Shown: positions 18,749 to 28,219 of the stretch, in pieces
How positions within the stretch are numbered: the stretch's first letter is position 1
Layout: every line of letters begins with the position of its first letter
Sequence record: PZ053912.1
Length of the DNA: 64,000 bases
Reading direction: 5' to 3' (one strand)
Source: a phage
Notes under the pieces: generated by a model
What the model saw: the letters and a program-made list of their open reading frames with translations, nothing else
Database searches by the model: none
Told to the model about the DNA's origin: nothing
Made by a program: the position numbers and the translations under genes

Positions 18749-19295
18749 CCTCATATAAAAAATCCAAACTAGGCGAATCGCTAACAACTTCCTTCTTTTC
18801 AGCCCCAGGAGCTTTATAAGCGGATTCTTCATAATGCGTCATTTTATCGTAGATGTCTTGAATAAACGTTTCATCTACCAACGCTACCATATCATCGTCA
18901 TGACTGTCGTAGACATTATGAACGAAGTAACTATATTTCTTTGCAACTTCCTTACGTTCTTTTTTGATACGTTGGACAAAAGCATTAAAACAAGCTCGAG
19001 TTATGTATGCATGTGGGTTATTGTACTTAGTTTCGTCGAAATTATGAAGTCCCTTAATAGAGGCTTCAATCCCATCTGCAATCATCTCCTGCTTCCAAGA
19101 CTGGGTATATCCTGAAAAGTTGAAACGTTTGGACAGGCCTTCGGCGATAAGCATAATTGCTAAACCGATGGTATCATTCTGACGAATAATTTTGTTTGGG
19201 TCTTTATTATTTAAGAGCTCCTTTTTCCACTCGATTATAGCGGCGAGAAGCTCTTTATTATTCACATAGTTATTTTTAGGTTTTTGTTCAGTCAT
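18738..19295 (-). CDS. 55: Late-transcription sigma factor gp55
   Basis: 185 aa; [74 protein letters not shown]... matches recalled T4 gp55. Confidence 0.95.
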   Translation of the reverse strand: MTEQKPKNNYVNNKELLAAIIEWKKELLNNKDPNKIIRQNDTIGLAIMLIAEGLSKRFNFSGYTQSWKQEMIADGIEASIKGLHNFDETKYNNPHAYITRACFNAFVQRIKKERKEVAKKYSYFVHNVYDSHDDDMVALVDETFIQDIYDKMTHYEESAYKAPGAEKKEVVSDSPSLDFLYEDDN

Positions 19296-19335
19296 AAGTA
19301 CCTCTTAGCTCAATTCATAGGTCTATTATATCATA

Positions 19336-19359
19336 ATATTTAGAGACCTATCTTAAAGC
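19336..19359 (-). promoter_or_regulatory. Candidate MotA-dependent middle promoter upstream of gene 55
   Basis: Minus strand TGCTTTA (MotA-box consensus) at 19353-19359, 11 nt upstream of TAAATA; a second TATAAT lies at 19324-19329. Confidence 0.4.
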
Positions 19360-19450
19360 ACGAGATACTATCAAAGATACATAACTTTCATAAAGTTGTT
19401 GACTTAAAATTCACCAAACTTTTCTTCGGTTATAGCGATTCAAGATAGTT

Positions 19451-19678
19451 TCATTCTATTTCCTTTGCTGCAAATAAGGCAGCATCCAACGAATCAAATT
19501 GGTCAACGAAATCAATATTCAACGCATCGTCAACTGTAGCATATAACCACCATTGTTTGAATTCGTATTCAAGAATAAATCCAGGACCTTCAATCTGAGG
19601 AAGACCTAGGCTATTTGTACCAACTTCGTAACCAGCTAGACGCAGGTCATTAATCAAAGTTTCTGTTAATACGCTCAT
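19451..19678 (-). CDS. Hypothetical protein
   Basis: 75 aa ORF. Confidence 0.45.
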   Translation of the reverse strand: MSVLTETLINDLRLAGYEVGTNSLGLPQIEGPGFILEYEFKQWWLYATVDDALNIDFVDQFDSLDAALFAAKEIE

Positions 19679-20007
19679 TTTACCGCCTTAACAATTTTCA
19701 AGTCAGCGAATTTTTTCTTACGTTGATTTTTCATACGACGGATAGTTTTTTCAGAGATTTCATGTTTCTGATAAGCTTTAGATTCAACACCAAATGCAGC
19801 AACGTCAAATTCAGAAAGAATATATTGTACTAGAATTTCGCGAATAGAATTACGTCCAATTTTCTGGTCGTGTTTTTGCATGATTTCATAAAGACGGAAT
19901 TCCCACGCGTCAAGAACTTGAGGAGTAACAATATTGCCGGATTCCAGAAGAGCAACAACTTTATCGAAAGCGAAAGAATTAACTACGTTTTTGATTTTAG
20001 TAGACAT
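19675..20007 (-). CDS. Hypothetical protein; start at MSTKIKN after GAGGAAAA
   Basis: ORF 19675..20046; the first 13 codons of the track ORF translate the promoter cassette. Confidence 0.45.
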   Translation of the reverse strand: MSTKIKNVVNSFAFDKVVALLESGNIVTPQVLDAWEFRLYEIMQKHDQKIGRNSIREILVQYILSEFDVAAFGVESKAYQKHEISEKTIRRMKNQRKKKFADLKIVKAVK

Positions 20008-20037
20008 ATTATTTTCCTCGGTTGTTTTATTATCCAA

Positions 20038-20066
20038 TGAGAGCATTATACTCTGCTCTCAAGAGT
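20038..20066 (-). promoter_or_regulatory. Early sigma70-type promoter (TGTACA-17-TATAAT) with inverted repeat GAGAGCA/TGCTCTC flanking the -10
   Basis: Seen directly; near-identical 47-nt copy at 49741-49788. Confidence 0.5.
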
Positions 20067-20073
20067 TTGTACA

Positions 20074-20313
20074 TTATTTCGTGATAAGATAATGTAAATA
20101 GTTTGCTTGACGAACACTGATATCAACACCCATATCAAAGATACCTTTATAGAACGGGTATTTGTTTTCAGTAGAATCTAGACTAAAAGCCTTTCCACCA
20201 CAACTAACGGTAATAGCATCAGTTAAAGTGTCATATACAAACTTAATAGTTGAGCCATTCACTACGACTTCAAGACGTTTTTTCGATGTAGTAATGTCTA
20301 ATTCTTGTTCCAT
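20074..20313 (-). CDS. Hypothetical protein
   Basis: 79 aa ORF. Confidence 0.45.
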   Translation of the reverse strand: MEQELDITTSKKRLEVVVNGSTIKFVYDTLTDAITVSCGGKAFSLDSTENKYPFYKGIFDMGVDISVRQANYLHYLITK

Positions 20314-20334
20314 GATATTTTCCTCATTTTAAGA

Positions 20335-20363
20335 CGATAGGAATATAATAACATGTCTTCCTA
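20335..20363 (-). promoter_or_regulatory. Early promoter-like element (TGTACA-17-TATTAT) with 9-bp arms CGATAGGAA/TTCCTATCG flanking the -10
   Basis: Seen directly. Confidence 0.4.
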
Positions 20364-20376
20364 TCGTTGTACATTA

Positions 20377-20589
20377 TTAACCGAACTTTTTAGCGCCTTT
20401 CCAGCCTTCGTACATAACTGCGCAAGTCAGTAGTACAGCGTGCTGGCATTCTTTGTATTTGTAAATCCAGAACCAACGTAAAAAGTCTTCATCATCAACA
20501 CCGTTGAGTTTCATATTGGCAAAGAATTCGGCACGTTCTTCACGAAGTTGCCATGACACAATATTTTCAGGATTCATTTTGTGTTCCAC
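20377..20589 (-). CDS. Hypothetical protein
   Basis: 70 aa ORF. Confidence 0.4.
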   Translation of the reverse strand: MEHKMNPENIVSWQLREERAEFFANMKLNGVDDEDFLRWFWIYKYKECQHAVLLTCAVMYEGWKGAKKFG

Positions 20590-20801
20590 GCCCCATTTTC
20601 ATCGATGAACTTAATCCAGTCATTTACAGACCATTTAGTTGTATCACCCTTTGGATTAGCATTTAAAGTATATAATCCCTGCTTAAAAAGCATTCGTTTG
20701 ATATTCATAATTTCCTCAACTGTACCGATAACATTCGTTAGCTTTACGTTTGGCTTCAGTATGAGAAGTATTATAATCATAATCTTCTTTACTGTAAACA
20801 T
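20574..20801 (-). CDS. Hypothetical protein; start uncertain
   Basis: 75 aa ORF; hydrophobic N-terminal part may be spurious. Confidence 0.3.
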   Translation of the reverse strand: MFTVKKIMIIILLILKPNVKLTNVIGTVEEIMNIKRMLFKQGLYTLNANPKGDTTKWSVNDWIKFIDENGAWNTK

Positions 20802-21009
20802 CTTTTTTCAACTTACGAACTTCTTTGCGAAGTTGTCGATTCATTTCATTCTTGACTTCAGAATCAACGCCTTTCATACGTTTCCATTTATCTGAGCGGA
20901 AAATGTTTTCAACCATGTCTTTGTGGCTAACACCGTCAGGAGCTTTACGCTTACCAAAATAGTCGTAATCACGAACTTTCAAATCTTTACGACGATACGT
21001 TTTACCCAT
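20716..21009 (-). CDS. Hypothetical basic protein
   Basis: ORF 20716..21036; Lys/Arg-rich. Confidence 0.4.
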   Translation of the reverse strand: MGKTYRRKDLKVRDYDYFGKRKAPDGVSHKDMVENIFRSDKWKRMKGVDSEVKNEMNRQLRKEVRKLKKDVYSKEDYDYNTSHTEAKRKANECYRYS

Positions 21010-21016
21010 AGGTACC

Positions 21017-21265
21017 TCAGAGGTTGATTGATACAATGCGTTTGATAAAATTCACTTCACTTACTGAAAGGTCTTTAAGACCGATTGATTCTAAACGCTG
21101 AGTAAGCGTCAACATTGGGATATAGTCCCATTGTGTTTTAGACGTTTGATAAGTACGGACGCCATTAGCAATTTCAACATGCAAATCGGAAATGGTAATG
21201 AATATCAGACGTTCGTTGTTTACATTAAGAGTTAGAACAACTTTCTTTGAATCTAAACTAATCAT
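21017..21265 (-). CDS. Hypothetical protein; start at MISLDSK after GAGGAAAA
   Basis: ORF 21017..21385. Confidence 0.4.
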   Translation of the reverse strand: MISLDSKKVVLTLNVNNERLIFITISDLHVEIANGVRTYQTSKTQWDYIPMLTLTQRLESIGLKDLSVSEVNFIKRIVSINL

Positions 21266-21430
21266 TTTATTTTCCTCTATAGTAGATGGTTTAATCTTAA
21301 CACATCTATTGAGGATGTAAACTGTTTTATGAAAATATTTTCGATTTGAGAGGGGCACAAGGAGATAGTGAAGTGAAGATTCCAATGGATTATATTAGAA
21401 ATGAGATAAAGAAGACCAGGCGGCACCTGG

Positions 21431-21730
21431 TCAATCTTCTATGATATCAGAGTCATATCCTAATGAAATCAAGGACTTTTTAAACTCTGCAATATTCTTT
21501 TGTTTCTTATCATTTAAAAATATGACAGGATAACGAATATTAAGTGAAGTGAATCCTGCACGTTTAGCAAGAGATACGATTAAAGGACGGTCGTATTCAA
21601 TCTTACCATTATTAGTGAGGACTTTATAAAACGTATAAGGAGCATTGAGCTCCTTTAAAAGTTTTGTAACAGTATAACATCCCGGACAACGTCCTACTTC
21701 TTCAGGGATGCCATAAATTTCAATCTTGTT
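21431..21730 (-). CDS. Glutaredoxin/NrdH-like redoxin; start unresolved
   Basis: CPGC redox motif in IEIYGIPEEVGRCPGCYTVTKLL; the reading frame overlaps the upstream ORF 21720..22037 by about 160 nt and has no in-frame ATG after that ORF's stop. Confidence 0.5.
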   Translation of the reverse strand, partial: NKIEIYGIPEEVGRCPGCYTVTKLLKELNAPYTFYKVLTNNGKIEYDRPLIVSLAKRAGFTSLNIRYPVIFLNDKKQKNIAEFKKSLISLGYDSDIIED

Positions 21731-22037
21731 CTTTAAGTTCGAGTTTTGTTCCACGAGAAATAATTCCTTGGTAAGCCCAATAAGGAGGATTAACAGAATC
21801 CTCACCAGAGTTTTCTTCAGGAAAATAAACCTGGATAACAAATCCAGATTCATCAAAGGTAAAATAAACCGTAGGCAGTTCACCTAACAATTCGGCGCGA
21901 GCATTAATTTCTTCGAGATCTCGTTCACGTCCAGCCCAAAAACTAGGATTTAGATTACATTCGTAAAAATAATAGTCATTACCGAACATATCAAACCCAT
22001 TCCAACTCTCTACCACGTACCGCTCAAAACTAATCAT
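21720..22037 (-). CDS. Hypothetical protein
   Basis: 105 aa ORF. Confidence 0.45.
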   Translation of the reverse strand: MISFERYVVESWNGFDMFGNDYYFYECNLNPSFWAGRERDLEEINARAELLGELPTVYFTFDESGFVIQVYFPEENSGEDSVNPPYWAYQGIISRGTKLELKEQD

Positions 22038-22039
22038 AA

Positions 22040-22255
22040 TTAAGCCTTTTTATCAAGAACAGAATTCAGTTTGTTAGTAATTTTGTCCAAACGTTCATTG
22101 AATTCGCTGGAGGATAAACCCTTTTCCGGAGAAATTAAACTAATCAAGAAAAATACAACAGTAAAAGGAATAAGAAAAATAGCTCCAACTGCCATAAACA
22201 GAAAGAATGTTACAGTTGTAAGAAAATCAGCTAAACCTTTACGAAATTTATACAT
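22040..22255 (-). CDS. Small membrane protein
   Basis: 71 aa; one hydrophobic span. Confidence 0.45.
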   Translation of the reverse strand: MYKFRKGLADFLTTVTFFLFMAVGAIFLIPFTVVFFLISLISPEKGLSSSEFNERLDKITNKLNSVLDKKA

Positions 22256-22365
22256 ATTTACCCTTAATTAACTAAGCATTGATAAGCACTAAACTATATT
22301 GCGAATAAAATTCTGGACCAAAACGAAAAATCATATCATTTATAGTATCCATAATGTAATTCAAT

Positions 22366-22836
22366 TTAATCATGTTTCCACACCCCATCGGTATTTGACC
22401 AAAGTCGCTGATTATCTGATCCTCGCCACAGCTTTTTAGTCGGAAGATTTTTCTCATACTTCCCATCAATAATAACATCAACATATTTAAGCATTTCTAG
22501 TTGTTTAATATCTTCAAACTTATATCCTGTCCACAACCAAATGCTTTTATTAGGATAAAGATTTTTTACTGTTTGAACGATGCAATGAACAACATCTCGG
22601 TTGTCAGGATAGAGAGGGTCACCTCCGGTTATAGTCAATCCTTCTATATAATCATTATTCAAGCATTCAATTAATTGTTCTAGTGTCTCTCCAGTGAATG
22701 GAATGCCATTTCTAGCATTCCATGTTGATTTATTATAACACCCTTCGCATTTATGCAAACAACCTGTAACGAAAAGAACGACCCTGCATCCAGGGCCATT
22801 CACAAAATCGCAAGGATAAAATCTATCATAATTCAT
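22366..22836 (-). CDS. nrdG: Anaerobic ribonucleotide reductase activase NrdG (radical SAM)
   Basis: 156 aa; CLHKCEGCYN (CxxxCxxC); adjacent to nrdD. Confidence 0.9.
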   Translation of the reverse strand: MNYDRFYPCDFVNGPGCRVVLFVTGCLHKCEGCYNKSTWNARNGIPFTGETLEQLIECLNNDYIEGLTITGGDPLYPDNRDVVHCIVQTVKNLYPNKSIWLWTGYKFEDIKQLEMLKYVDVIIDGKYEKNLPTKKLWRGSDNQRLWSNTDGVWKHD

Positions 22837-24650
22837 TGGTGTTTAACCCTATGCATGATTTCTTTATTTTTACCGAGATTAAATCCGCGTTCGTTCGGAT
22901 TTCCCAAATAACCGCATGTTCTTCTTATGGTGTTCATCTTTTTAGGATCACTTTCTCCACAAATAGAACAAACAAATCCGTTTTCAGTAGGAGTCATTTC
23001 ATGGGTACTTCCACATGTAAAACATTTATCTACTGGCATATTAACACCAAAATAATCTAAATGCTGTGCAGCATAATCCCATACAGCCTCAAGACCTTTT
23101 AGGTTATTTTTCATATCAGGAAGTTCAACATAAGAAATGTGACCACCTGTTGCAATGAAATGATACGGGGCTTCGCGAGAAATCTTTTCAAACGGAGTAA
23201 TATTTTCTTCTACCGAAACGTGGAAACTATTAGTGTACCAGCCTTTATCAGTAACATCTTTTACACTTCCATATTTCTCAGTATCAAGTTTACAGAAGCG
23301 ATAGCACAGGTTTTCAGCAGGTGTAGAATACAAGCTAAAAGCAAAACCGGTTCTTTCAGTCCACTGCTTAAGACGAGCATTCATTTTAGTTAAAATTTCC
23401 TGTCCAATATCACGTCCGACAAGAATATTCAATTCGTGAATACCAATGTATCCTAGGGACACTGAACTTCTACCATTTTTAAATAACTCAATTATATCGT
23501 CATCAGGTTTAAGACGAACCCCGAATGCACCTTCTTGGTAAAGAATAGGAGCTACAGTTGCTTTAACACCCTTTAAAGAACTAATTCTACACATCAAAGC
23601 TTCAAAACACAGATCCATTCGTTCATTAAATAGCTCAACAAATTTCTGTTCATTGAATTGTGTTCCAATATAAGAATCTAATGCAATACGAGGAAGATTC
23701 AGTGTTACAACACCAAGATTATTACGTCCATCAAGAATTTCATTACCAGTCGAATCTTTCCATACGCTCAAGAAACTACGACAGCCCATCGGAGAAACAG
23801 GAACTGAAGAACCAGTAATAGCTTTATTATTCTTAACCGAAATAATGTCAGGATACATTCTTTTGCTTGCACATTCTAACGCAAGTTGTTTAATATCATA
23901 GTTCGGATCATCTTTATAAAGATTAACACCTTCTTCAACAAACATAACAAGTTTAGGAAAAATAGGAGTTATCCCATCACGACCAAGGCCTTTAATGCGG
24001 TTTTTAAGAATTGTCTTCTGAATAATTCGTTCAGTCCAGTCAGTTCCAGTACCAAATGTAATTGTCACAAAAGGCGTTTGTCCGTTTGAACTAAAGAGAG
24101 TATTTACTTCATATTCATAAGCTTGGAATGCATCGTATACGTCTTTTTCTGTTTTAGATTGGGCGTAATTCAACGCATCAGCGATTTGCCATTTTTCTGC
24201 ATCCTCAATATGTTTTGCATAGGTGCGTTTAACATAAGGAGAAAGTACTTTATCTACATTCGCAAATGTAGTTCCACCATACTGATGCGAAGCAACTTGT
24301 GCAGTAATTTGTGCCATAATTGCAGTAGCAACGCCAATAGATTTAGGCGTTTCAATTTGAGCATTGCCTAATTTAAATCCATTCTCAAGCATTCCTTTTA
24401 AATCTACTAAACAGCAATTAGTAAATGGAAGAGCAGGAGAATAATCAATATCATGGAAATGGATAATTCCGCTTTCATGTGCTTTCATAATAAAAGACGG
24501 GACCATATTTTTGGCAATGTGCTTAGACACAATACCAGCCATAAGGTCCCGTTGAGTTGGAAAAACACGAGAATCTTTATTAGCATTCTCGTTCAAAAGA
24601 TCTTTATTAGTTTTATGAATTAATCCTTCAATTTCTTTTTCAATTTTCAT
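22833..24650 (-). CDS. nrdD: Anaerobic ribonucleoside-triphosphate reductase NrdD (glycyl radical enzyme), uninterrupted
   Basis: 605 aa; C-terminal Cys cluster CFTCGSTHE...CSICGESD and glycyl-radical tail RTCGYLG. Confidence 0.95.
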   Translation of the reverse strand: MKIEKEIEGLIHKTNKDLLNENANKDSRVFPTQRDLMAGIVSKHIAKNMVPSFIMKAHESGIIHFHDIDYSPALPFTNCCLVDLKGMLENGFKLGNAQIETPKSIGVATAIMAQITAQVASHQYGGTTFANVDKVLSPYVKRTYAKHIEDAEKWQIADALNYAQSKTEKDVYDAFQAYEYEVNTLFSSNGQTPFVTITFGTGTDWTERIIQKTILKNRIKGLGRDGITPIFPKLVMFVEEGVNLYKDDPNYDIKQLALECASKRMYPDIISVKNNKAITGSSVPVSPMGCRSFLSVWKDSTGNEILDGRNNLGVVTLNLPRIALDSYIGTQFNEQKFVELFNERMDLCFEALMCRISSLKGVKATVAPILYQEGAFGVRLKPDDDIIELFKNGRSSVSLGYIGIHELNILVGRDIGQEILTKMNARLKQWTERTGFAFSLYSTPAENLCYRFCKLDTEKYGSVKDVTDKGWYTNSFHVSVEENITPFEKISREAPYHFIATGGHISYVELPDMKNNLKGLEAVWDYAAQHLDYFGVNMPVDKCFTCGSTHEMTPTENGFVCSICGESDPKKMNTIRRTCGYLGNPNERGFNLGKNKEIMHRVKHQ

Positions 24651-25120
24651 TTTAAACTCTTTCTAAGCTGCTTTTTGAATGAAGCTATTAATTGTGTTTT
24701 GGTATCAGATTCATTATATTCAAATCCTCTTTGAAGCATCTCGGACATCATTTCCTCTTTACCTAGTCTTGAGAACTCTTTAGTTTTGTCTGGAACAAAA
24801 TTAGGATGGATATTATTATCAGAATAATCTTGTTTCAAATAAGCAAGAAGAGCTTCAAGCCATTCGAGGTAGTCGACATCACGTCCTTTAAGACCGGAAC
24901 GGTTGAACTTATGCTTCATTTGACCTTCTGCTGCATTGCACAGATTACAGAGTAACCCACGAACTCTACCTGCTTTTGGCCCGTTTAATTCATGGTCGTG
25001 GTCAAGATGGTTACCTTGAACATCAGGGTCTAATTCACGGTGGCAAATAGGACACTTACCATTCTGTGCATCGTAAAATTTTTGTTTTTCTTCTTTATAT
25101 TTTGCGCCTGATAATAACAT
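24647..25120 (-). CDS. 49: Endonuclease VII (Holliday junction resolvase) gp49
   Basis: 157 aa; CPICHRELDPDVQGNHLDHDHELNGPKAGRVRGLLCNLCNAAEG matches recalled T4 endo VII. Confidence 0.9.
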   Translation of the reverse strand: MLLSGAKYKEEKQKFYDAQNGKCPICHRELDPDVQGNHLDHDHELNGPKAGRVRGLLCNLCNAAEGQMKHKFNRSGLKGRDVDYLEWLEALLAYLKQDYSDNNIHPNFVPDKTKEFSRLGKEEMMSEMLQRGFEYNESDTKTQLIASFKKQLRKSLK

Positions 25121-25159
25121 GATAAACCCTTACCTTAAATAGATAAGGGTATTTATAAT

Positions 25160-25585
25160 TTAGTAAACGTTATAAAAGTCTCGATGAAAACGTCTTTCTA
25201 AATATTCAATGTATTCCGCTGCGGCTTGCATCAGATTACCTTCATAACCGTCATTATTTTCTTGGGCGGCTAATTTAGCTAGAGCATAAGAAATACGTTC
25301 ACCTTCGAATTCGCCAACACAAACTACTTGGTCAATTTCTTCGAGTTCATCTATTGAATGGGATTCCCAGAAGCACCAAAGAGAAGTATCACGGTCATAG
25401 ATGCAAAGTTTCTCACCTGTGTTCAACATCACTTCGTTAATGCCATGGCCGCCATAACCATCTTCGGTAGTAGTACCAATTACCTTGATGAGTGTTCCTT
25501 TCTTTAATTCAGGAAACTTGACTTGTAGTTCTTCATCTTCTTTAACAATCTTGAACCATTTACCGCGAGTTTCAGAAATATTCAT
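25160..25585 (-). CDS. Hypothetical protein (T4 pin / 49.x position)
   Basis: ORF 25160..25723 trimmed to internal MNISETRGKW. Confidence 0.4.
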   Translation of the reverse strand: MNISETRGKWFKIVKEDEELQVKFPELKKGTLIKVIGTTTEDGYGGHGINEVMLNTGEKLCIYDRDTSLWCFWESHSIDELEEIDQVVCVGEFEGERISYALAKLAAQENNDGYEGNLMQAAAEYIEYLERRFHRDFYNVY

Positions 25586-25586
25586 A

Positions 25587-25757
25587 TCAATATTCTCTAT
25601 AAAAGTTACGATGAGAACGTTTAGCTTTGCGAAGCTGACGTTTAGTAGGACGAACTGTAAATGGTTGTCCAGAGAAAAAATTCGGATCGGTTTTAATAAG
25701 CAAATACCAATCATGCTTGCCATTTTTTAATAAACGGTACAATAATTTAACTTGCAT
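25587..25757 (-). CDS. Small basic hypothetical protein
   Basis: ORF 25587..25784. Confidence 0.3.
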   Translation of the reverse strand: MQVKLLYRLLKNGKHDWYLLIKTDPNFFSGQPFTVRPTKRQLRKAKRSHRNFYREY

Positions 25758-25885
25758 AATAATCTCTTCCCATTTCCATATCAATTAATTCATTTATTGA
25801 AGGTTCATCATAACACGTTTCTTCGTCATTGTAAACTGTTTCGACGTCTGGCTCGACTGTCTCCCATCGAGCCGAATACCACGGT

Positions 25886-26242
25886 TTAACCCCGGAGTTT
25901 ATTGAGCTCTTCATAATCAATCCAGGATTCTAGTCCGGATGGCAGGTCACATTCAATGTTCCACAGAAGCTCTTCAATGGCTTGCAGGCGATTATATTCT
26001 TCAACGGTAATGGTAACCATTGGTGCAACCGGTTCTGCCTTTTTAACCATCATATCGTTCATCAGGACGTAAAGGTCATCACGAACGACAGTGTCGTTCC
26101 AACCCCATGATTTGGCTTCGTAAGCTAATGATGAAGGGAGCACATTTAAAACTTCAATAATAGTTGGAGCATCAGGACCAAGTTCATTGGCACAAACTTC
26201 GTATACATCTTGGAAATCTTTAAGATTTAATGAATATGTCAT
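25886..26242 (-). CDS. Hypothetical acidic protein
   Basis: 118 aa ORF. Confidence 0.45.
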   Translation of the reverse strand: MTYSLNLKDFQDVYEVCANELGPDAPTIIEVLNVLPSSLAYEAKSWGWNDTVVRDDLYVLMNDMMVKKAEPVAPMVTITVEEYNRLQAIEELLWNIECDLPSGLESWIDYEELNKLRG

Positions 26243-26502
26243 TTAAAATATTCTCGTAGTTGGTCAAAGCCACCGATCGAAGTTCCATCAGGAGCAAACA
26301 CTTGAGGCATAGTCAATCCAACTTGTGATTCACGTCCAAGCTTAACCAGAAGCTCAGCAATTTTCTCATCATCGAACACACCTTTTTCTGGCATAACATT
26401 AATGAATTCGAATGGTTGTTTCTTAACAGTCAGCAATCGTTTCGCATTATCGCAATAAATGCATTTATGAATAGTAGAGTCATACCCGTACACTTTAAAC
26501 AT
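26239..26502 (-). CDS. nrdC: Glutaredoxin NrdC
   Basis: MFKVYGYDSTIHKCIYCDNAKRLLTVKKQPFEFINVMPEKG... matches recalled T4 NrdC; AAGGA before the internal ATG. Confidence 0.9.
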   Translation of the reverse strand: MFKVYGYDSTIHKCIYCDNAKRLLTVKKQPFEFINVMPEKGVFDDEKIAELLVKLGRESQVGLTMPQVFAPDGTSIGGFDQLREYFK

Positions 26503-26908
26503 TATTTTTCCTTTCATCGATTAAATATGCAATGCCAAATACAATACATATAATAAAACCTGTGATACAGATAGAAACCAACAACACTGTACCAAAGAAC
26601 CAAATCAAGTTATCTTTAGTAGTTTGTTTGATATCCATCTCACGAATTTCTATAGCTATCGTATCACCTTTATTCAGAAGCGTATAAAACGATGGCGATA
26701 CACGCCTGTCAAAAACTCGTCCTTGCTCATCTTTATAGACTGCAATAAATTCTAATTTAGAATATTTTCCTGTAGATTGGCCTGAGATTAATTCCACTAC
26801 CTCCACAGGAATTACTTTAGTTTCCATGTAAGTATTCTGGCTGTTCCAAATGAATGGAATAATAGCAAAAACTAAAGCTGCGATAAAACAACGAAGGCTA
26901 TATCTCAT
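26495..26908 (-). CDS. Membrane protein, hypothetical
   Basis: 137 aa; N- and C-terminal hydrophobic spans. Confidence 0.45.
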   Translation of the reverse strand: MRYSLRCFIAALVFAIIPFIWNSQNTYMETKVIPVEVVELISGQSTGKYSKLEFIAVYKDEQGRVFDRRVSPSFYTLLNKGDTIAIEIREMDIKQTTKDNLIWFFGTVLLVSICITGFIICIVFGIAYLIDERKNNV

Positions 26909-27213
26909 TATAATGTTCTCTCAAATTTGTGGAAGCATTTACGGCATTTCAATTTCAAGTTATCAGTGGTCCAGTTAACCAGTTGGACTTGGATAGTTCC
27001 ACATTCCGGGCACGGATGTTTTGCTGCCGATTTGGCAGCATTTTCACGTCGTTCAACCATTTTCATTATTTCGTTCCATGCCGGAGGAACGAACTCTTCT
27101 TCACCGTGGATTTTATCTCGCTGAACAAATTCAATCTTTGAACTATCGTCAATAAACTTAACCAAGCCGTGATTAGTGCTCATATCAATATCCTCTAAAA
27201 GACGTAGTTTCAT
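26908..27213 (-). CDS. Zn-ribbon-like hypothetical protein
   Basis: 101 aa; CPECG ... CRKCFHKF. Confidence 0.45.
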   Translation of the reverse strand: MKLRLLEDIDMSTNHGLVKFIDDSSKIEFVQRDKIHGEEEFVPPAWNEIMKMVERRENAAKSAAKHPCPECGTIQVQLVNWTTDNLKLKCRKCFHKFERTL

Positions 27214-28157
27214 TATAAAACCTCAATGGCATTTCGTAAACCATCAGCTTTTGCATTCAGAGCTTTTAATGATTTAGTTTGTTCTGCAATCTGGGCTTCG
27301 ACTTCTTTCAGGCGAGATTTGAGATATTCGCGTTCTTCTCTTAAGTTATCAACTTTTTCTGCTTTAGGCTCTTTAATAGGCTTATACTCGTTATGGTTCT
27401 TCAACTTAATTTGAATGCGAGAACTGTATAACATTGAACCATTATCTTCGGTTTCATCATACATTTCTACCACGTCCATGATTCTTAACATCATGCGAAG
27501 TTTATAAGACAGCGAACGAATGGTTTTGTTGTGCTTATTAATTTCTTCGGCTTTCATGGTACCGAGATTACGTGAGTAGTAATAAGGAACCTGGATATCA
27601 ATTGATAATGATGCGGTACCATTACCTGTTGGTTTGAACACTGCAGTAACCCAATCTTTAGCATGAACTGTATTTGTACGATCATCGCCACCTGTGAATA
27701 ATTTACGTGAATGTTTAAAAAGCATATTCACTTGGTTATTGAATTCACAAGCAAATTTATCAGCAAATTTAGTTTCAGGAATGGTAGATAACCAATCAGC
27801 CAAATGAGTCTTTTTAACATCGTTAATAATAGTAAATTCAACTAAATCAGTTTTAGATGTCACAGATTTAATAAAGCTCGGCTTCATAAAGTTTTTAATG
27901 TTATCACGAGCTACAGTAGAAGATAATAAACGAGAACGTTTGAACCATTGAAGCAGTGTCCCTAATGAATGAGAATATGCATTCTGAGTATCTTTACAGA
28001 TATGATTTTCTTGGCCTGTGTATGTACCAAAATCGCGAAGAATACCACTTACTACAACTCGGTGTGGAACATCAAATCCTAATGAACCAGAAGCACGTTG
28101 GGCATGAACGTTAGCGATAAGACCTGCAAAATAATCAATGTAATGTGAACGTGTCAT
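27213..28157 (-). CDS. Hypothetical protein with C-terminal coiled coil
   Basis: 314 aa ORF. Confidence 0.55.
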   Translation of the reverse strand: MTRSHYIDYFAGLIANVHAQRASGSLGFDVPHRVVVSGILRDFGTYTGQENHICKDTQNAYSHSLGTLLQWFKRSRLLSSTVARDNIKNFMKPSFIKSVTSKTDLVEFTIINDVKKTHLADWLSTIPETKFADKFACEFNNQVNMLFKHSRKLFTGGDDRTNTVHAKDWVTAVFKPTGNGTASLSIDIQVPYYYSRNLGTMKAEEINKHNKTIRSLSYKLRMMLRIMDVVEMYDETEDNGSMLYSSRIQIKLKNHNEYKPIKEPKAEKVDNLREEREYLKSRLKEVEAQIAEQTKSLKALNAKADGLRNAIEVL

Positions 28158-28185
28158 AATATTTTCCTCTCGTTAAGATAGAAAG

Positions 28186-28214
28186 ATTATACTCCAACCA
28201 TCCTTGGTTGTAAA
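28186..28214 (-). promoter_or_regulatory. Early promoter (TTTACA-17-TATAAT) with hairpin CAACCA-AGGA-UGGUUG inside the spacer
   Basis: Seen directly; same architecture at 29182-29210 and 50056-50084. Confidence 0.5.
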
Positions 28215-28219
28215 CTGAT

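Noticed and set aside
19675-20046. Shared N-terminal peptide MLSLDNK in two track ORFs (19675..20046 and 49133..49771), which looks like a conserved protein motif
   Set aside because: It is the translation of the duplicated promoter cassette; the real starts are downstream ATGs with ribosome-binding sites.
22272-22484. 70-aa minus-strand ORF overlapping the 3' end of nrdG
   Set aside because: Out-of-frame overlap with a conserved radical SAM gene and no ribosome-binding site.
22833-24650. Group I intron or homing endonuclease in nrdD, as in T4
   Set aside because: nrdD reads as one continuous 605-aa ORF and no GIY-YIG or HNH motifs were seen in the window.
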